Shown: positions 37,102-51,390, counted from the stretch's first letter. The stretch: DNA of 64,000 bases from Heteronotia binoei (GCF_032191835.1 NC_083228.1:91388001-91452000), one strand, 5' to 3'. Notes: generated by a model not told the origin, from the sequence alone. Program-made: numbers and translations.

Positions 37102-37336
37102 TTAAGACAATACTTGATCCACTCTTGTTCAGCACCCAGGAATTAGTATTGAAGGTCAATGAACTATTAAGCTGCTATTGAACTACAGCAGTTGGGGAGG
37201 AAGAAGTGATTTTTCAACTCCTCTACAGTATGTGAAGTTTTGTCATTTTTAAAGAAACAAGAAAAGTATTTTGATAGTTTTCTAAATTCTGTCTGCCACT
37301 CTGATGCAGCCCTATATTTTATCTTTTCTCCTATAG

Positions 37337-37578
37337 GCATTGTTATCATGATGCATTTGTGTGACAAAGTGGATGTTTACGAGTTTCTTCCTTCCAAAAG
37401 GCAAACAGACATTTGCCATTATTTCCAAAAGTTCTTTGACCAAGCCTGCACCATGGGTGCCTACCACCCACTGCTCTTTGAGAAGAATATGGTGAAGCAC
37501 ATTAACCAAGGCACAGATGAAGACATTTACACTCATGGAAGAGTGACTCTAAATGGCTTGAGGAACGTACAGTGTTAG
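37337..37578 (+). CDS. ST6GAL1: ST6GAL1 coding exon 5 (sialylmotifs S, III, VS; stop)
   Basis: cctatag|GC ATT...[49 protein letters not shown]...NVQC*; 242 nt. The HxxxxE VS motif with the catalytic His is intact. Confidence 0.97.
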
Positions 37579-39833
37579 AAGATTGAATCTCTGAAATACT
37601 AAACGGGGAAGATCTTTTAATTGCAAGGCACTTTGGAAAGGCCACTTCAAGGGTTTTTGGGTGGGTTGTTCATAGTTAGAAATTCTTTCATTCAGTAAGT
37701 CTTAAATTTGGGGTGTGTGGCTACAGCATTAAGTGCTTTTCATCAGAATCACATTCACCTTGTTATGATTCCTGCAAACAGGAGATGCTGTATCTGAATG
37801 GTTCCAGCTGTAGAGCACAGAAGATGGCTAGGTATGGATATCAAAAAACCACAGAATTTGAGATTTAAAAATCAGCATATGTCTTGCCCTTATGACTGCA
37901 TAGAAAAACAGAAAATGGGTGAGCAGTCAGATTTTTAAAAAGTAGACACAACCTAATTTTACTGAACCTCTTAATATTCAGGAACTGCTTTGTATTTCAT
38001 TCTTTCATCTCTGTATAGTTTGATCCTAGAGTCAGGGCCTAACTACATATGACATTTTCCCTGGAGACATATGAGGGTTGGTACGAGAGAGATGTTCTGC
38101 AGTTCTATACTTTCTTGGTGCCTAGAGGCTCAATTTGGATTTGGACAGCAGCACCCAGGGAGTAAGTGCTTAGATTGTTCCTCCACACACACACACACAC
38201 ACAGTTTCCCCAACCTGATACAGTGCTAGAGGACTACTATTGCCTGGCTGGGAAAACATAACATGTGGCCCATCAACACACTTGGAACCCTTAGTGGAGC
38301 AACTAGTGGCCTGGGAAGCACAGAACTCTGGAATGTCTCTCAGGCTTCCCCAAGGACATTCCCAGGGAATAAGTAATGGTTGGTAGCATCTACAGTTGGC
38401 ATGGTGCATATTTCACAATTCCTGCAAATGCACCATGTAGTACAAAATTTGGTATTGGGCAGAGGATGTTACATCCTGGCTGATTGCAGACCGGCAGTTT
38501 GGACATGTGGACACCTTTGGAATTCGGACACAGATTGGTGAGCATAGCCACAAAATAACACTTCAGCATTTCAGAAGAAACCTCTGCTTAGCTCAACGCC
38601 TTTTAAAATGAACACAGCATTTAAAAATATTTTCTTGCATGCATGCAGCTTACCTTCAGTCATGCAGTGAATATCCTTGTGTGATGGTGGCAGCAGCTGC
38701 AGTTTCTGAAGCACGCTCCCCTCTTTTTGAGCCATCCCAATTCAGGATGCCTCCAAGCCGCCCCAGAATGCCCGTCTGTTCTCAACCCCTGAGTATCAAG
38801 TTTTGTATTATTTTTAACATATTTTAGCTCTTTGAATTATGTAAACAATAACCCTGTCCACACTCATATGGCATGAATCTCACAGAACATTTCTGTGAAG
38901 GAAAATAAGGGGAAGTGTGACTCTGACTCCTCTCCTGCATTGTTCCTGCAGGTCTCCTGTCCCCCCAAAACAGCATTTCAGGGGATAGTTTGGGCTACAG
39001 CAGAAGGGGAAAGATGGCTTCAAAGACAGGCATCCCTTCCATCTGTGAAAATGTTTTACAGGGTTCAAATCTGTATGTATACTGAATTTGTGAATGTATT
39101 AAGGAATGAGTGCTGCCCCTGCTGATGAATGAATGCTTTTGATTGTCCCACTTGCCTGTGTGTGTTTACCACACTTGGGTACAGCACCTAAAGGTGCATG
39201 GTATATATATACACAGACTCCATCCCCAGAATTGGAAATGGTTCAAAACAAATGTTTCTGGTTACAGGGAACTAGTGTATGTACAGCTTGAACATTCATA
39301 GGCTCTGTGATCACATTTGGGCAAATGTGTGAGAGGAGTAGCACACTTGCCTTATATGCGTTGGTTCTGAACACACATGATAACATGTATAAATTCAGAA
39401 GTTTGTGCCAATATCCTGTTGCTAAAATGTGGATGTTGTGGTTACAGAATGTGACATTCTGAATATTCAAGATTGGATGGGTTTACAAGAATTGAAGTAA
39501 GGTATCTGGGTTGTAGAATTGACTTCTCCAAGGAATGAAGCAGAATTAGCTCCAAATTATGTCAGCCGGACACTGGAGATGGTCTGACAGAGCCCAGAGC
39601 CAAACTGTCGAATGCTTGATGTTACATAATTGTTGTATATCATTTCAGGTACCACAGAAGTCAGTGTGGAGCAGTTTAAAAAAGGAGACTATCCTTTAAT
39701 AACAGTTTTCCTAGTGTATCCATCTACTCTTGATGTCCCTGAAGAAAAATCCAGCTATCAAAGGGATTTTTTTTAGAGTTTTACCAGTTGAGGAGGGATT
39801 TCTTTGAGATATGCTAAACTGGGTGATTGTTAT

Positions 39834-39839
39834 AATAAA
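39834..39839 (+). promoter_or_regulatory. ST6GAL1: Candidate ST6GAL1 polyadenylation signal
   Basis: First canonical AATAAA I found downstream of the stop, giving a 3'UTR of about 2.3 kb. Confidence 0.35.
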
Positions 39840-40095
39840 TTTTTCATAGATTTACAGACTTGTGAGAGACCAGATTTCATTTAAACCATTAATTTAAGGT
39901 AGGAATATCAGTATCTCCCTCCCTCCCCTGCCCCCAGTTCTTTCTTGATACTGTAGGTCCATAAGTGGAGCTAAAGTATACCCTAAAAAGAGGCTTGCTG
40001 TCAGTGCCAGATGACTTGAACAAACCAGGTGCTACTTCTTCAGATTAAGAAGTATATTGAGTTTATTGGCTTGGATTCTATGAATAAGTCCTAAG

Positions 40096-40264
40096 CAGGG
40101 CTTTTTTTTTCCTGGAAAAAAAGGTGCTGGAACTCTCAAGAGGGAAATGAAGGAGAAACACACAGGTGTCCCTCATGAACTTTTAAACATTTTTTGAGAA
40201 TTTTGTTCCCACAGAGAGGTTCCAGAATTCCATTACACTGTGTTTCCCCAGTCAAAAAGCCCTG
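40096..40264. mobile_element. hAT MITE, 169 bp
   Basis: TIR cagggcttttt / aaaaagccctg and TSD gtcctaag / atcctaag (7 of 8 match). Confidence 0.88.
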
Positions 40265-41049
40265 ATCCTAAGTGTTCTAGAGAGTCTCTGTCATGTAGCA
40301 TGCTTCCTCTTCTACTAAAACTTCCATTTGTGCAAGTGCCCATTGAAAACAAATGATCTGAAGCAAATGGAAGTTCTGAAGGAAGCAGAAGCATTTTCCA
40401 CAACAAAGGTTATCTGAACTCATTCATGAGATCCAAGCCACCACTTCTGAAATTATCAATTCAACCCTTTTGACTTTTTTAGACATCCTGGATCTCTCTC
40501 ACAACTTCTGCCATCTTCATGATAATATAGATGCCAGTGATTGGTATCAATTAATTTCAGGGGTGCTCCCCCAAAACTTACCTCTTTAATTTTAAAATCA
40601 TAATCACTAATCGAATTCTTCAGTGACTCACTGTGTCATCATAAGCAGAGTCACATCCTTCTAAATTCACTTAAATCAGTGAGCATAGAAGTGTGCAACT
40701 CTGCTTAGAACAACACCGTCAGTCTTCTTCCTTTCACAATAATGGAATATTTTTAATTTATAGATAGCTGTTTCTGGTTGTTTTTAATAACTTTGATAAC
40801 TGAAGTGACAAAGGAACAGCTGTAACAGAACTAATTGCAAGTAAGCATGTGCTAAACCAGTTCTGGCTACTGCTTAGTGAGTGGCATAGTATGCATGTTA
40901 CTAGAAATGAACTATTCACAACTGTGCCTTTGGGTGGCAACATGCATTTAGAAACAGAGGCACTGTGGTGAACAAACATGCAAATTCATCCTAAGGTGTC
41001 AGTGAGTCACATCTTCAATACATGAGCCATGTTGGTGCAATACTATTCT

Positions 41050-41245
41050 GGGGAGAGGCTGTGGCTCAGTGGTAGGAAATGTGCAGGAGATTGCAGGTGA
41101 AATCTTTTGCATGCCCAGGTAAAGGGCTGCTGGGAATAGGTTCTGGGAAAGGCCTCTCTCTGCCAGAGACCCAGACCAGATAGATAAATGGAGCTTGTTG
41201 GACCAGAGGCCTGACTTTGTATAAAAATGCTTTTTATGTTCATGT
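41050..41245 (+). mobile_element. tRNA-derived SINE (Squam2-like), degenerate
   Basis: ggggagaggctgtggctcagtggtag head; homologous to 51392-51607. Confidence 0.7.
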
Positions 41246-42519
41246 TGTGTGTGGGGATAGTTAGGGTTTTCCAGATTTTTACTGATAAAAACTAATGTTT
41301 GCATCCAATGTTTGTCAAAAAATGTGGCAAAAACGGTGAAACATCATATACTTTACAGGTCATGCATAAAACCCTAGATAAACCCTAGTAATTGCCTAAA
41401 AAACCCTGAATAGCTCAATTTGACTGCTGGTTCATATTATTCAAGATGCAATCCTAATTCACAATCACCATCATGTCTCTTGACTTACAATGCCACTTGA
41501 GTAATCTATCCTGCTTCACAGCCACTCATTGGGTTTGGGTGTTTGCCTCATTCTTTTTTCTTCCATGTCTCCTGAACTACCCTTTCAGTGTTCATCTTGT
41601 TCAGACCATTTACAGCTCCTAGAAGGCTCAGTCTTTATCCATTAGCTTTCTCACTTTTGTCTTATTACCTTCTAGCATGCTACTTTGCAGGCCTGTTGCA
41701 AGAGGTGAGAGGTCAGGGCAGGTTATGGCAGCCTCAGTGGCACCCCTTGTCAAACCGTGGCTGAACATGCCTGCAGTTTACAAAGTCAGGCTTGGTCCCA
41801 TTTCACTGGCTTCATAAAAGGCTATATGGCATAGTTATAGTACCATTGATTTGAAAAACTTCAGTCTGTGAAAGTGCGCACAAGATATGAAATCAGCCCT
41901 GTACTGAAAATGTTCTTTATATCAATGTAGCTCATAAAAAGACAAAATAATAACTACTCCCCAGGGTGTTTCATAGCCAGTTTTATATACTTGTACAGAA
42001 TGCTTTTGTCAAGGTATATTTCAACTTGAAATGAAAATATCGAACCTCAAATGTCTAATTTGTCAACACTGATCTTTTAAATAACACTGATCCAAAGATG
42101 TAAAATTTGTAATAAAAATTTTGTAAAGTGATTGTTTCACTTCTTACTTCACACCAACCCATGTAACCACCTCTGTGTTCATTTTCACCTTTTTCTTCTC
42201 CTGCCCCATCAATTTGATTATTCCAAGCACAAAGAAAGACTTGTGAGACTCATTCCCTACAGAAATTTTCTTCCATTCAGTTCCAGTCCCTTTGAATTAT
42301 GTAAACTCATGTCCTATGAGTCAACATAGTTCAGTATCCTTGTTACATTCAATTTGATTTCACTTTTACCACCTGATGTCCCAGTGCTAAAAGAGGAAGT
42401 CTTGACATGGGGGTTTGTAGTAGATGGGTTGTGCTAGTTACTGCTAAAATAAATTTATAGATAAAACGTACAAAATGGATTCAATGATGCAAACTCATTT
42501 TGGAAGACATCACAATACT

Positions 42520-42742
42520 AGAAGAGAAGAAGAGGAGATTGGATTCCTTCACTTGGAGTCTCAGCGTGGCTTACAATCTCCTTCCTTTCCTCTCCCCATA
42601 ACAGACACCCTGTGAGGTAGGTGGGGCTGAAAGAGAGAACAGCTATGTGAGAACTGTGGCGGCCCCATCAACTACATGTGAAGGAGTGGGGAATCAAACC
42701 TGGTTAGAGTCTGCAGACTTAACCACTCCACCAAACTGGCAC
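42520..42742 (-). mobile_element. Squam3-like SINE, reverse orientation
   Basis: ggagtggggaatcaaacctgg...taaccactccaccaaactggc is the reverse complement of the head at 11538. Confidence 0.75.
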
Positions 42743-44678
42743 TACAGGTGAAGAGGGTGAAGACCACCAGGAGGATGTCATCATTCAGCCGGTCTGTCAT
42801 ATCCAAAACTTGTTTGTACCATTTAAATGAGGTGCAAGTGCTTTTTTTGGAGGGAGAGGACAAAGAAGCTGTGACAGATGATGGCAAATTAGGAGTACTA
42901 TGTTTCCTTTGGTCAGCAGTTACCTAAACATGTATTACATTATTCTTTAATCCTCAGACTTTGTATATATTTGATAGATTTTGAAATGTTATTGTGAGTG
43001 ACACATGCATCGGAAGAATTCTGTCCTTTATTCACTATAGGATGGAAAATCTTTGCTGACACATTTTAATACAATTCTTTTGTGTATTGTATAAGCATGA
43101 ATATGAGCTGAGATCAACAATAGTTTCTTTTGGATGACACAAATATATAGCATACAATCCACATAATGCCTTTTATTAAGACTAAGCCAGTTGCATGTAA
43201 CAGTGTGCAAGCTTTTGAGTTCTGAACTCTTGTTCAGGCTGGATATTACAATTAAAAGAAATAGGAAAAGAAAGATGGTGGGATAGGATGTAAAGTCCTG
43301 GTGCAATCCAGATGGTGCTTAAATAGATGCAGATCTGATGCTGGCAGTCAGTGGCGCTTAGCATTTTTATGAGCAATGAACCATAAAATCATTACATTCC
43401 ACAGAAAACACCGTAGCTTATACACTAAAGCCAAAGCATATTAATATATTGAAGATAAGACAATAGAAAATAAAGACGTTTTAGCTACATAGAATCCAAG
43501 CTTATGCACAAATACATTTCTGACATTGAATACACCTATTGAAGCCCACTGATCAACAGAATATAACAAAATTCGTATATTTACTTGCTTCATTTATAGT
43601 CCATTTTTTGCATTGTGACTCCAGGTGTGTTACAGAATTAGAAAGTAATGTAATAAAAGACCAGTATAATACATGTAACAAACCATGCAATAAAACTGGA
43701 TTACAAAATTACAGGACACTGAAATAAAAACAGCAGATAATATCCAATAAATAATTCTCGTTTACTGAATATTCCCCCTTTTTAATACCACTTTATTCTC
43801 TTTCTAAAACTGCCTTTCAGAACAGCTCCATTCCATACCTTTTGAGTTATGATAAAAGCATGGGAGTCTTCCTAAAATAGAATTCTGTTCATTTTATAAA
43901 CAGCCCTTTCAAACAATTCTGAACATTTCATTTTATTATCAGACTATTCCCTTTATAAATATGTCCTGAACAATTCTGTTTTATAGTTTTTTTGTAAGAT
44001 AGGGACATTTTCTTACACAAAAATAACAAAATATGATTTTAAAAACCAACAGAATCACCAATATACATTATCAATAATAAAATGATTAACTATTTGAACT
44101 TTGTGTAGGGATTTTGAGCAACCCCTTCCTGAATTCACTTCCAAAGTGGTGTTCTTTTCTTTTTAGAACCTATTATCTATCATATACCTTTATTGGCATA
44201 TCAATAGTCACAAAGTAGACAATAACTCAAGCAATAAATGCAGAATTCATCAAATATAAGATTTCAAACAGGAACAAAAATAACACTATGAAGAATTTTC
44301 TTTAAGAACTTCCACAAGAAATTTAGCAACTGCTTCAGTAATTTCAGGAAACCTATTATCTATTAATTTAAATCACTTCAACAGAAGGAACTTTTATTTG
44401 ATCCACTGTTTTGGGCAATCAAGCAATAGAATTTTATGTTCACTGTCCTTAAACTTGTGCTATTAGCATGTTTAGTATGTTACATAGTATTAAATGCCAA
44501 TCAAATTGATTATCGAAATGATCTCATGTTAGTATACAAGGAAACCATTTATATACATATACAAATAACTAAAAGGCTTTTGATAAAAGGAACAGAAATA
44601 ATACATGCAAATTACACTGAAATACTAATTTTTACCACTACCTAAGAAATCAAAACATCTTTTTTCTTGTAAGCAAAT

Positions 44679-44684
44679 TTTATT
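44679..44684 (-). promoter_or_regulatory. Candidate opsin polyadenylation signal
   Basis: First minus-strand AATAAA I found past the opsin stop (about 520 nt downstream); the region is AT-rich with several alternatives. Confidence 0.25.
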
Positions 44685-45202
44685 AAGAATAATTTTTGAG
44701 AAACAACTCTCCAGTAAGACTTGAGCTCTATCTTTGTGGTTAATAAAGATCATTAAAGAAATTGGTTGAGATATTTTCAGGACTGACCAGTTTCAAGAGA
44801 TGGCACTCTTGGTCAGTTGCAGAGGACCTATTACCCAGGGACAGTCTAATGCTTAACCCCAGGCAGCAACAAGAATTTGGGGCCACCTTCTGTCTGAGTT
44901 GGGGTGGCTTGGGCTATCCTGTCTCCTCTTCAAAGAGCAAATATATATTTTTGATGGCCACATACTTTTATATAGCACTTAGATACCTCCAAATAGCTGT
45001 CAAACAAGAGAAAGTCACTAACCTAATTAGTGGTAGTCTAAGTAACATTCCCACTCCTGGTCTTTGCCCCCCCCCCCCCGAAAATCCTCTGACAATGGGG
45101 CTGTTTCATTGTAGAGTTGGGAATTCACAAACACAATAGAAGAGAAGGTTCCTCCTCAGCTCTACCACCTCCCCTTCAGTATCAGATAACGAACTGTCTT
45201 AC

Positions 45203-45466
45203 CTAAGCACTGTAGTGAGCTACAAGCAGCATGGCTCGTTTTGCTTTGGAGCTGTTCTCTGTAGTTGGTTTAGGATTCTGAAAGCTAACAGCTGCTTCTT
45301 GATGCCCTGAGAAAGGCTGTCCTGCAGAAGCAGTCACAAATGTGAAGTTGTTATCCTGTGCTCTCTGGACAGCACAACACACTTGAGTAGATCTTGAGGA
45401 ACATTTGCTGCTGGATCCTCTCAGCATCATGCCACATTTTAGGAAAGCACAAAAGCACCTGTAAAA
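45203..45466 (-). CDS. TMT-family opsin, terminal exon (helix 8 and C-terminal tail)
   Basis: gtgttag|FYRCFCAFLKCGMMLRGSSSKCSS...QDNNFTFVTASAG...AMLLVAHYSA*; 264 nt, phase 0, continuing NKQ| of exon 60537-60770. FYRCF, the NNFTF segment and the LVAHY end are TMT-opsin-like. Confidence 0.9.
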   Translation of the reverse strand, partial: FYRCFCAFLKCGMMLRGSSSKCSSRSTQVCCAVQRAQDNNFTFVTASAGQPFSGHQEAAVSFQNPKPTTENSSKAKRAMLLVAHYSA

Positions 45467-47460
45467 CTAACACATAAATACGTACTGCTTTCACTTGAGG
45501 TCTTTTGTGATAGTCCCAGTGATTGAGATCTCCCAGAACTTACAATGGAAGTGGAACCGATGCCATAAAATAGCGGGTGCCTTTTTAGATCAGTATTTCT
45601 TTTTTGTTTGTCATACAGTTATAATTTAGATGTTGCCCAATTTGCTATCCTTTTTTCTATTTCTGCTCTCATAGAACATTTCATGGACGGAACAAGCATC
45701 TAAGTAGGAAATGAGCTCCTACTTATAGACATCCAGAGCCACAACAGCAACTTGTATCCATTCCACCTCCCCACCCCAGTTTGGTATTCCTGTCTTTGAG
45801 AAATAGGACCAACCCCTTTTCATCAGGACTGCTTTAAATATATTCATGTGGTAGCTTTCTCCATGTGGTAATCCATACTGTGCCTTATCATGCAGCTCAG
45901 GAAATTTTCTGCACAATACCACAAATACTTCTTGTGGGAGAAAGCAAAAAAATCCTCACAATTTACAGGGCAAATCATTGTACATGAACTGTTTGTTTAG
46001 CAGATTCTCAGCTCTTCTTCAGAATTTACAATATGGGACATCATAATTTAAAATCTTTTTGAAAGAACAAAAAAAAAACCCCTAGAAATAAACATACAAG
46101 TAATTTCAAAAACTTTCAACATAACCAATGGAAACCAAGAAATGTTAGGAATAAAAAACTTGTATGAAAAACTATGTAATCATTCCCCTTTTGCCATGAA
46201 ACTTACTTGGGTGAGCTTGGCACAGTCATTTTCATTGTATACCTCACAGAGCTGTTGCGAGAGGGAAACACAGAAAAGGAAATCCACATATGCCACCCTG
46301 AGGATATAGTGAAGAATTAACTGGAGGAAAGGGGGAGCCTCTTGGAGCAAGGTCACTGTTTACCAGGAAAATGGCTTCTTCACACTCCAAGGGTGAGGGA
46401 CTCTCCATTAGTTTTTTTAAGGGAATAGAAAAGGCTAGAATTTTTTTTTTGAGAGGCTGGCCTGCACATGCACAGTCCCAATGTGTGCTTACATTCTGAA
46501 TAAAACTTCGTTGGTCTTAAAGGTGTAACTTGACTCCTTGTTCTGCTTCAGACGAACACGGCTGCCCACTAGGATCTACTTTTCAACTAATCGCCGAAAC
46601 ACCAATTTGGAATTGTGACGCTTACAGGCTAGGAAATTTTATTCTACCATAATTTTTTGTGGACTAATGAAGTGGGTGCTAGTCCACACAGAGAGAACCC
46701 TTATGCTAGAATAACAGGTGTTGATTTTTCAGTGCTATGATGCTGCTGTTTCTTTTTTAATATCCATTATGATCCTATATGGTTAACAAGCAGAGAGGAT
46801 CTGTAAAATTGAACTGCTTGATCCAATTCACTTGAAACTTGGAGTGTCTTCAGATTAGAGGGAGGACTATGTTCTGTTTCATTGTCTTTTAAACAGCTGC
46901 CCCAGACCCTCTAATGCATTTCTCATTGAAAATAATGGGTCCAAAGCACTGGAACCTGAAAAACTGCTCACATTTGAATCACAAACTGGCAATGTCTTAT
47001 ATGAACATAAGCCTTTTTAGGGGGGGAAATCCCTCTTCCTGCCCTGAATAAAAGAACTATAATAAATGGCATTTTAGGTGAATACCCCTAGTACTTAGTT
47101 GAAATAATTTCCTAAAAAATACTTTAGAAGAATATTTCTTTTATCTTACTCTTTCATTTTATGTGTGAATTTAAGACAGGCTTTCATTCTAAAGGTGAGC
47201 TAGGCATTTGAATTATATGAATTCTGAAGAGTGATATGGCTTTGAATATCCAGGGTACTGGAACCATCTTCTGTGTCATGTATTTCATCCATAACATATT
47301 CTGACTGAAATTTAAATCATGGCTAAAGAGAGGTCAGCTATGGTAAAATTACCTGGTTATGTTTAGTTTCACAGATTTTACCCCTGAGAGCTTTCTTTTC
47401 AAAGGTGAAGGTGCCATTAATGTGTCTGATTGAGCCAAGAGGCAGCAAGAGGGAGAGAAG

Positions 47461-48113
47461 CTGGTCCTCATTTGGAATATTGTGTACAGTTCTGGTCACC
47501 GCATCCCAAAAAAGATATTATAGCATTGGACAAAGTACAGAAAAGGGCAACTAGAATAATTAAAGGTTTGGAACACTTTCCCTATGAAGAAAGGTTAAAA
47601 CGCTTGGGGCTCTTTAGCTTGGAGAAACGTTGACTAAGGGGTGACATGATAGAGGTTTACAAGATTATGCAAGGGATAGAAAAGGTAGAGAAAGAAGTAC
47701 TTTTCTCCCTTTCTCATAATACAAGAACTTGTGGACATTCAATGAAATTGCTGAGTAGTCAGGTTAGAACTGATAAAAGGAAATGCTTCTGCATCCAAAG
47801 GGTGATTAATACATGGAATTCACTGCCACAGGCAGTGGTGGTGGCTGCAAGCATAGACAGCTTCAAGAGGGGATTGGATAAGCATATGGAGTAGAGGTTC
47901 ATCAGTGGCTATTAGCCACAGCTTATTGTTGGAACTGGGGCAGTGATGCTTCGTATTCTTGGTGCTTGGGGGGCACAGTGGGAGGGCTTCTAGTGTTCTG
48001 GCCCCACTAGTGGACCTCCTGATGGCACTTGGGTTTTTTGGCCACTGTGTGACATAGAGTGTTGGACTGGATGGGCCACTGGCCTGATCCAACATGGCTT
48101 CTCTTATGTTCTT
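47461..48113 (+). mobile_element. CR1 LINE 3' fragment
   Basis: [21 protein letters not shown]...[21 protein letters not shown]; tail cttatgttctt. Confidence 0.92.
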
Positions 48114-50605
48114 CAGTTCAAAATCAGCAATGTCAGCTGCTTTTCTCCCCCCAAAGGTAAAGACAGACAAGATTCCCTTTCCTCCACTCAGCCACCTTCC
48201 CTTTTCTCCACTCAGTCATTTGCAGCGGATATATCTCATACAAGAATATTGGTGGGGGTGGGGGGAGAGAGAATAATGAAACTACAGGTAACAATGTGGA
48301 GCTTCACCCTGATACATATCCCATCAAAATGCAGAATCAGTTCCTTTACTCTTGACCAAGGACATCTTCAGAACAAAGTGCACTTAACACATTCTTCTTT
48401 CCTATAGTTGTTGTTTTTTTAAATAGTTCCTTCCATCTTGCTTCAGAAAGGGAATTTCATGACAAAGTGGGCAGAGTGAACTTCTATCCATGAAATCTAG
48501 AAAATACAAACTGGATCACAGCATGGGCAACTTTTGAAACACACACAGTCTCTGGGGTGTCATCTCATCCCCACCCACTGACAACTAATGGTGAAGACAT
48601 TTTCTCTAACAGTTTCTCTGTGCATTTTATGAGCTGCATTCCAGGCAACACATTTAACACATACATTTTCTTGATTTTTGACATATCCCATGAAAAACTG
48701 CACCTACTGCCTATCTGCCCACCACATTATTATCTGTTAAGTACTTCTGTCTGGAAACAAAGTGGCAAGTTCAGTGCCAATGTGAGCATTTCTTTTTCTC
48801 AAATGACTTGGAGAGAAAGCAAAGCAGAAGTGTTTGTGCAGAAAGCAAACCTGCCGTTTCACTAGAATATTTTTCATTATCTTCCTCTGGTTCTGCTGAA
48901 CCCCTTCCTTGTTTGTGGAGATGAGAAAGGAAAGAAATGCCATCCCTCTGTATATGTACCTCTCTCTCTCTTCCTACCCCCACTGCCATTTCTAGTAGCA
49001 TGAAGGAAATGGAGGCAGTGTATTCTTGGCAAGCCACTAATTGTTTGGGAGAAGGACAGGGTGTTGCTCTCCAATAACCCACTTGCCATTAACCGTGGCT
49101 CACCTTTAACCTTGCACCCAGTTCCAACATGACATTTATAAGTGTGAACCTGCAAGTAAGAGTGGCTAAATATTTTGTACAGAAGCTTGGACAATAAGAG
49201 GGTATAAAGATGAGGTATGAGGAAAGGAAGCAGAATGGGAGAAAGTATCGTGCTCTTCCTATGCTAAACAGTAGATATCTTCTCACGTCAGTGATAGAAG
49301 ATCTGAGGATGAAAACCAATTCATAATGGCAGGGTCAGGAAAGCCCCCCCTGCCCTCTCTATCTACCATCTCCAGTAGACTGTAACAGGGAGATGTCAGG
49401 ATCCTGCATGGGGTGACCTGAAAGTCTGACCAGTTGGACCCAAGAACCTGATGACAAACTTTCTAGTTATTGTCCTGTATTAGTCATAGTCTCAGAAAGC
49501 TGCAGAAGGAGGCCTTGATTGGGATGTGGCATCTGGCCACTTCATCACATTTTATTGCATATAGCCTGATCATGACTCTCTGGTTTGATATCAGAGGCGA
49601 GACTCTCCCTGAACAGCAGGCTATGCATGGTACAAGGATCTGGAGGAGCTCTAACTCATGGTTCTTGGCAGGGAGGGTATTAGGATATTGAGAGTTAACA
49701 GTCAGTTCCATATGCCATGAACTGGAGTAATTATATGATTAATTAACAAAGCCCTGATTTAACAATAGAATTTTTAAAATCTAAAAAAAAATGGACAAAA
49801 GGTTTGTGGCTAGTTCATAGTACTCAGATACTTTGTTTCTAACGAAGATCTTTCTTCAGGCATACAGAGTTAGATCTATAAAATTGTTTAAGTGCAGGAA
49901 ATTGATAGGGCTGTGTCAGAAAGAAGTAGATTTTAAAATTGACTCAGCTAGAATCCCATTTTTAGAGAGACCCAGTTTCAGGATATCAAAGCTTGATTCT
50001 AGTGATCTCAAACATGGCTCCATGTTACCTGCTGATGGGTTTCCTGGCATCCACTTCCTTCTTTTACAAAGTGCCTCTTCACCAATGTAAAGAATCAGTA
50101 TTGACTTTCCTCCAAATCATTGGAGTAGAGAACATCCAGATACACCATCATTTGATCTGCAGAGAAAGCCCATTCCAAAATAACAGCCCCCATAACAGGA
50201 AGGTTCTTGACTTGGAGTGTCCTAAGGCAGCCATTTTGTCATTGTTTGCTTCCCATGGCAGACACTGTGATGGTACCCACAACCTTTTTTTCCCCCCTTA
50301 AAAATTCCAAAAGTGCCCACAAGCTCAACAAATCCAAGGTATTATTATCTTATGTTATGGGATATTCAGGCTACTACCATCCTGCAATACTCTATTAGTA
50401 TTACTTGTATTATTACTTTTTCTTCTTTCATTTGGGATATATATTTGTCTAATTAAAGATTCCATCTTGTCCACAAAGCAGGGGCCAATTGAGAGAAGAC
50501 CCAATCTGGAGATCTAAGGTCTTGAGCATTACTCAGGAGCAAGTCCAGGATCACCTCCACCCTGACACTATGGCTGGGTACAGACAGCTGGCTTGGGGTG
50601 GCAGC

Positions 50606-51390
50606 TAGGGGTGTGCATTCAGTTTGGTCGAACCAAAGAAACCTCCAAATCACCCCTGATTCGGAAGTATACGGTCTCGTATACTTCCGAATCCAATTTG
50701 CAGCCATAATACAGGAGCCGTATATGGAAGTCCATAGAAAAGGCGGGAAAGGAGCTTCTGCAGCCTCAGGGGAGCTGCTTGCCTCCTTTCCCGCCTTTGG
50801 AAGCCTTTTCCCACCTCTCCCATAGCCTCCCTGGGATCAGGGAGGGGAGGGGAGGGGGAGAGGAGCCCCAGCAGCCAATCCAAAACATGCATTTGCAAAA
50901 TGCTTTGCAAGTGCATGCTTTGCAGGGCTGTTGTGTAGCTGATGGCTGGGCTAATCCCCCAGCCATCAGCAACATTGTTGTTCTTTTGTTTACTTGGGTA
51001 TCCAAGTAAACAGTGTTCTCTGGCCAATCACAGAGCAGTGGTATCTTTTGAAACTGCTCTGTGTAGGGCCAGAGAACCTTTTTAAGGAGTCTGCCTGGCT
51101 GGACTCCATTCCATTGCTGCTGTGTTGGTGTGAGAGAGACTGTGCTGCGCTGGCCCTTGGCCTCAGCTGCTGCTGCTCTCTCTCAGCCTTGCCTGACCTG
51201 CCTGGAGAAGAGAAGACATCTAAGGTAAGACAGTCTTGGGGTTCTTGTTTTTATTTCAGTAAGTAAAGGGACTTTTTATGACTCAGAGTCTTTTTACTTA
51301 TCCAGATTTGGGTGGGTGGGTACTGGGTAGCTTATTTGGGGTTAGGGCGTTCTGCTGGGGGTGGGGGCCTGGGGTGGGGGGGTGGACTTA
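50606..51390 (+). mobile_element. DNA-transposon-like element (TAGGGGTGTGCA end) with multiple hairpins, CCAAT boxes and a strong splice donor
   Basis: Terminus at 50606. Perfect stems: gattcggaagtatacg/cgtatacttccgaatc (50658-50693), gctgatggctggg/cccagccatcagc and gtttacttgg/ccaagtaaac. Donor AAG|GTAAGA at 51224/51225. The right end was not found. Confidence 0.55.

Noticed and set aside
15102-37578. Assignment as ST6GAL2
   Set aside because: The short stem, WNKDSSSKNL, SSGMLG and QKFFD[12 protein letters not shown] are ST6GAL1-type.
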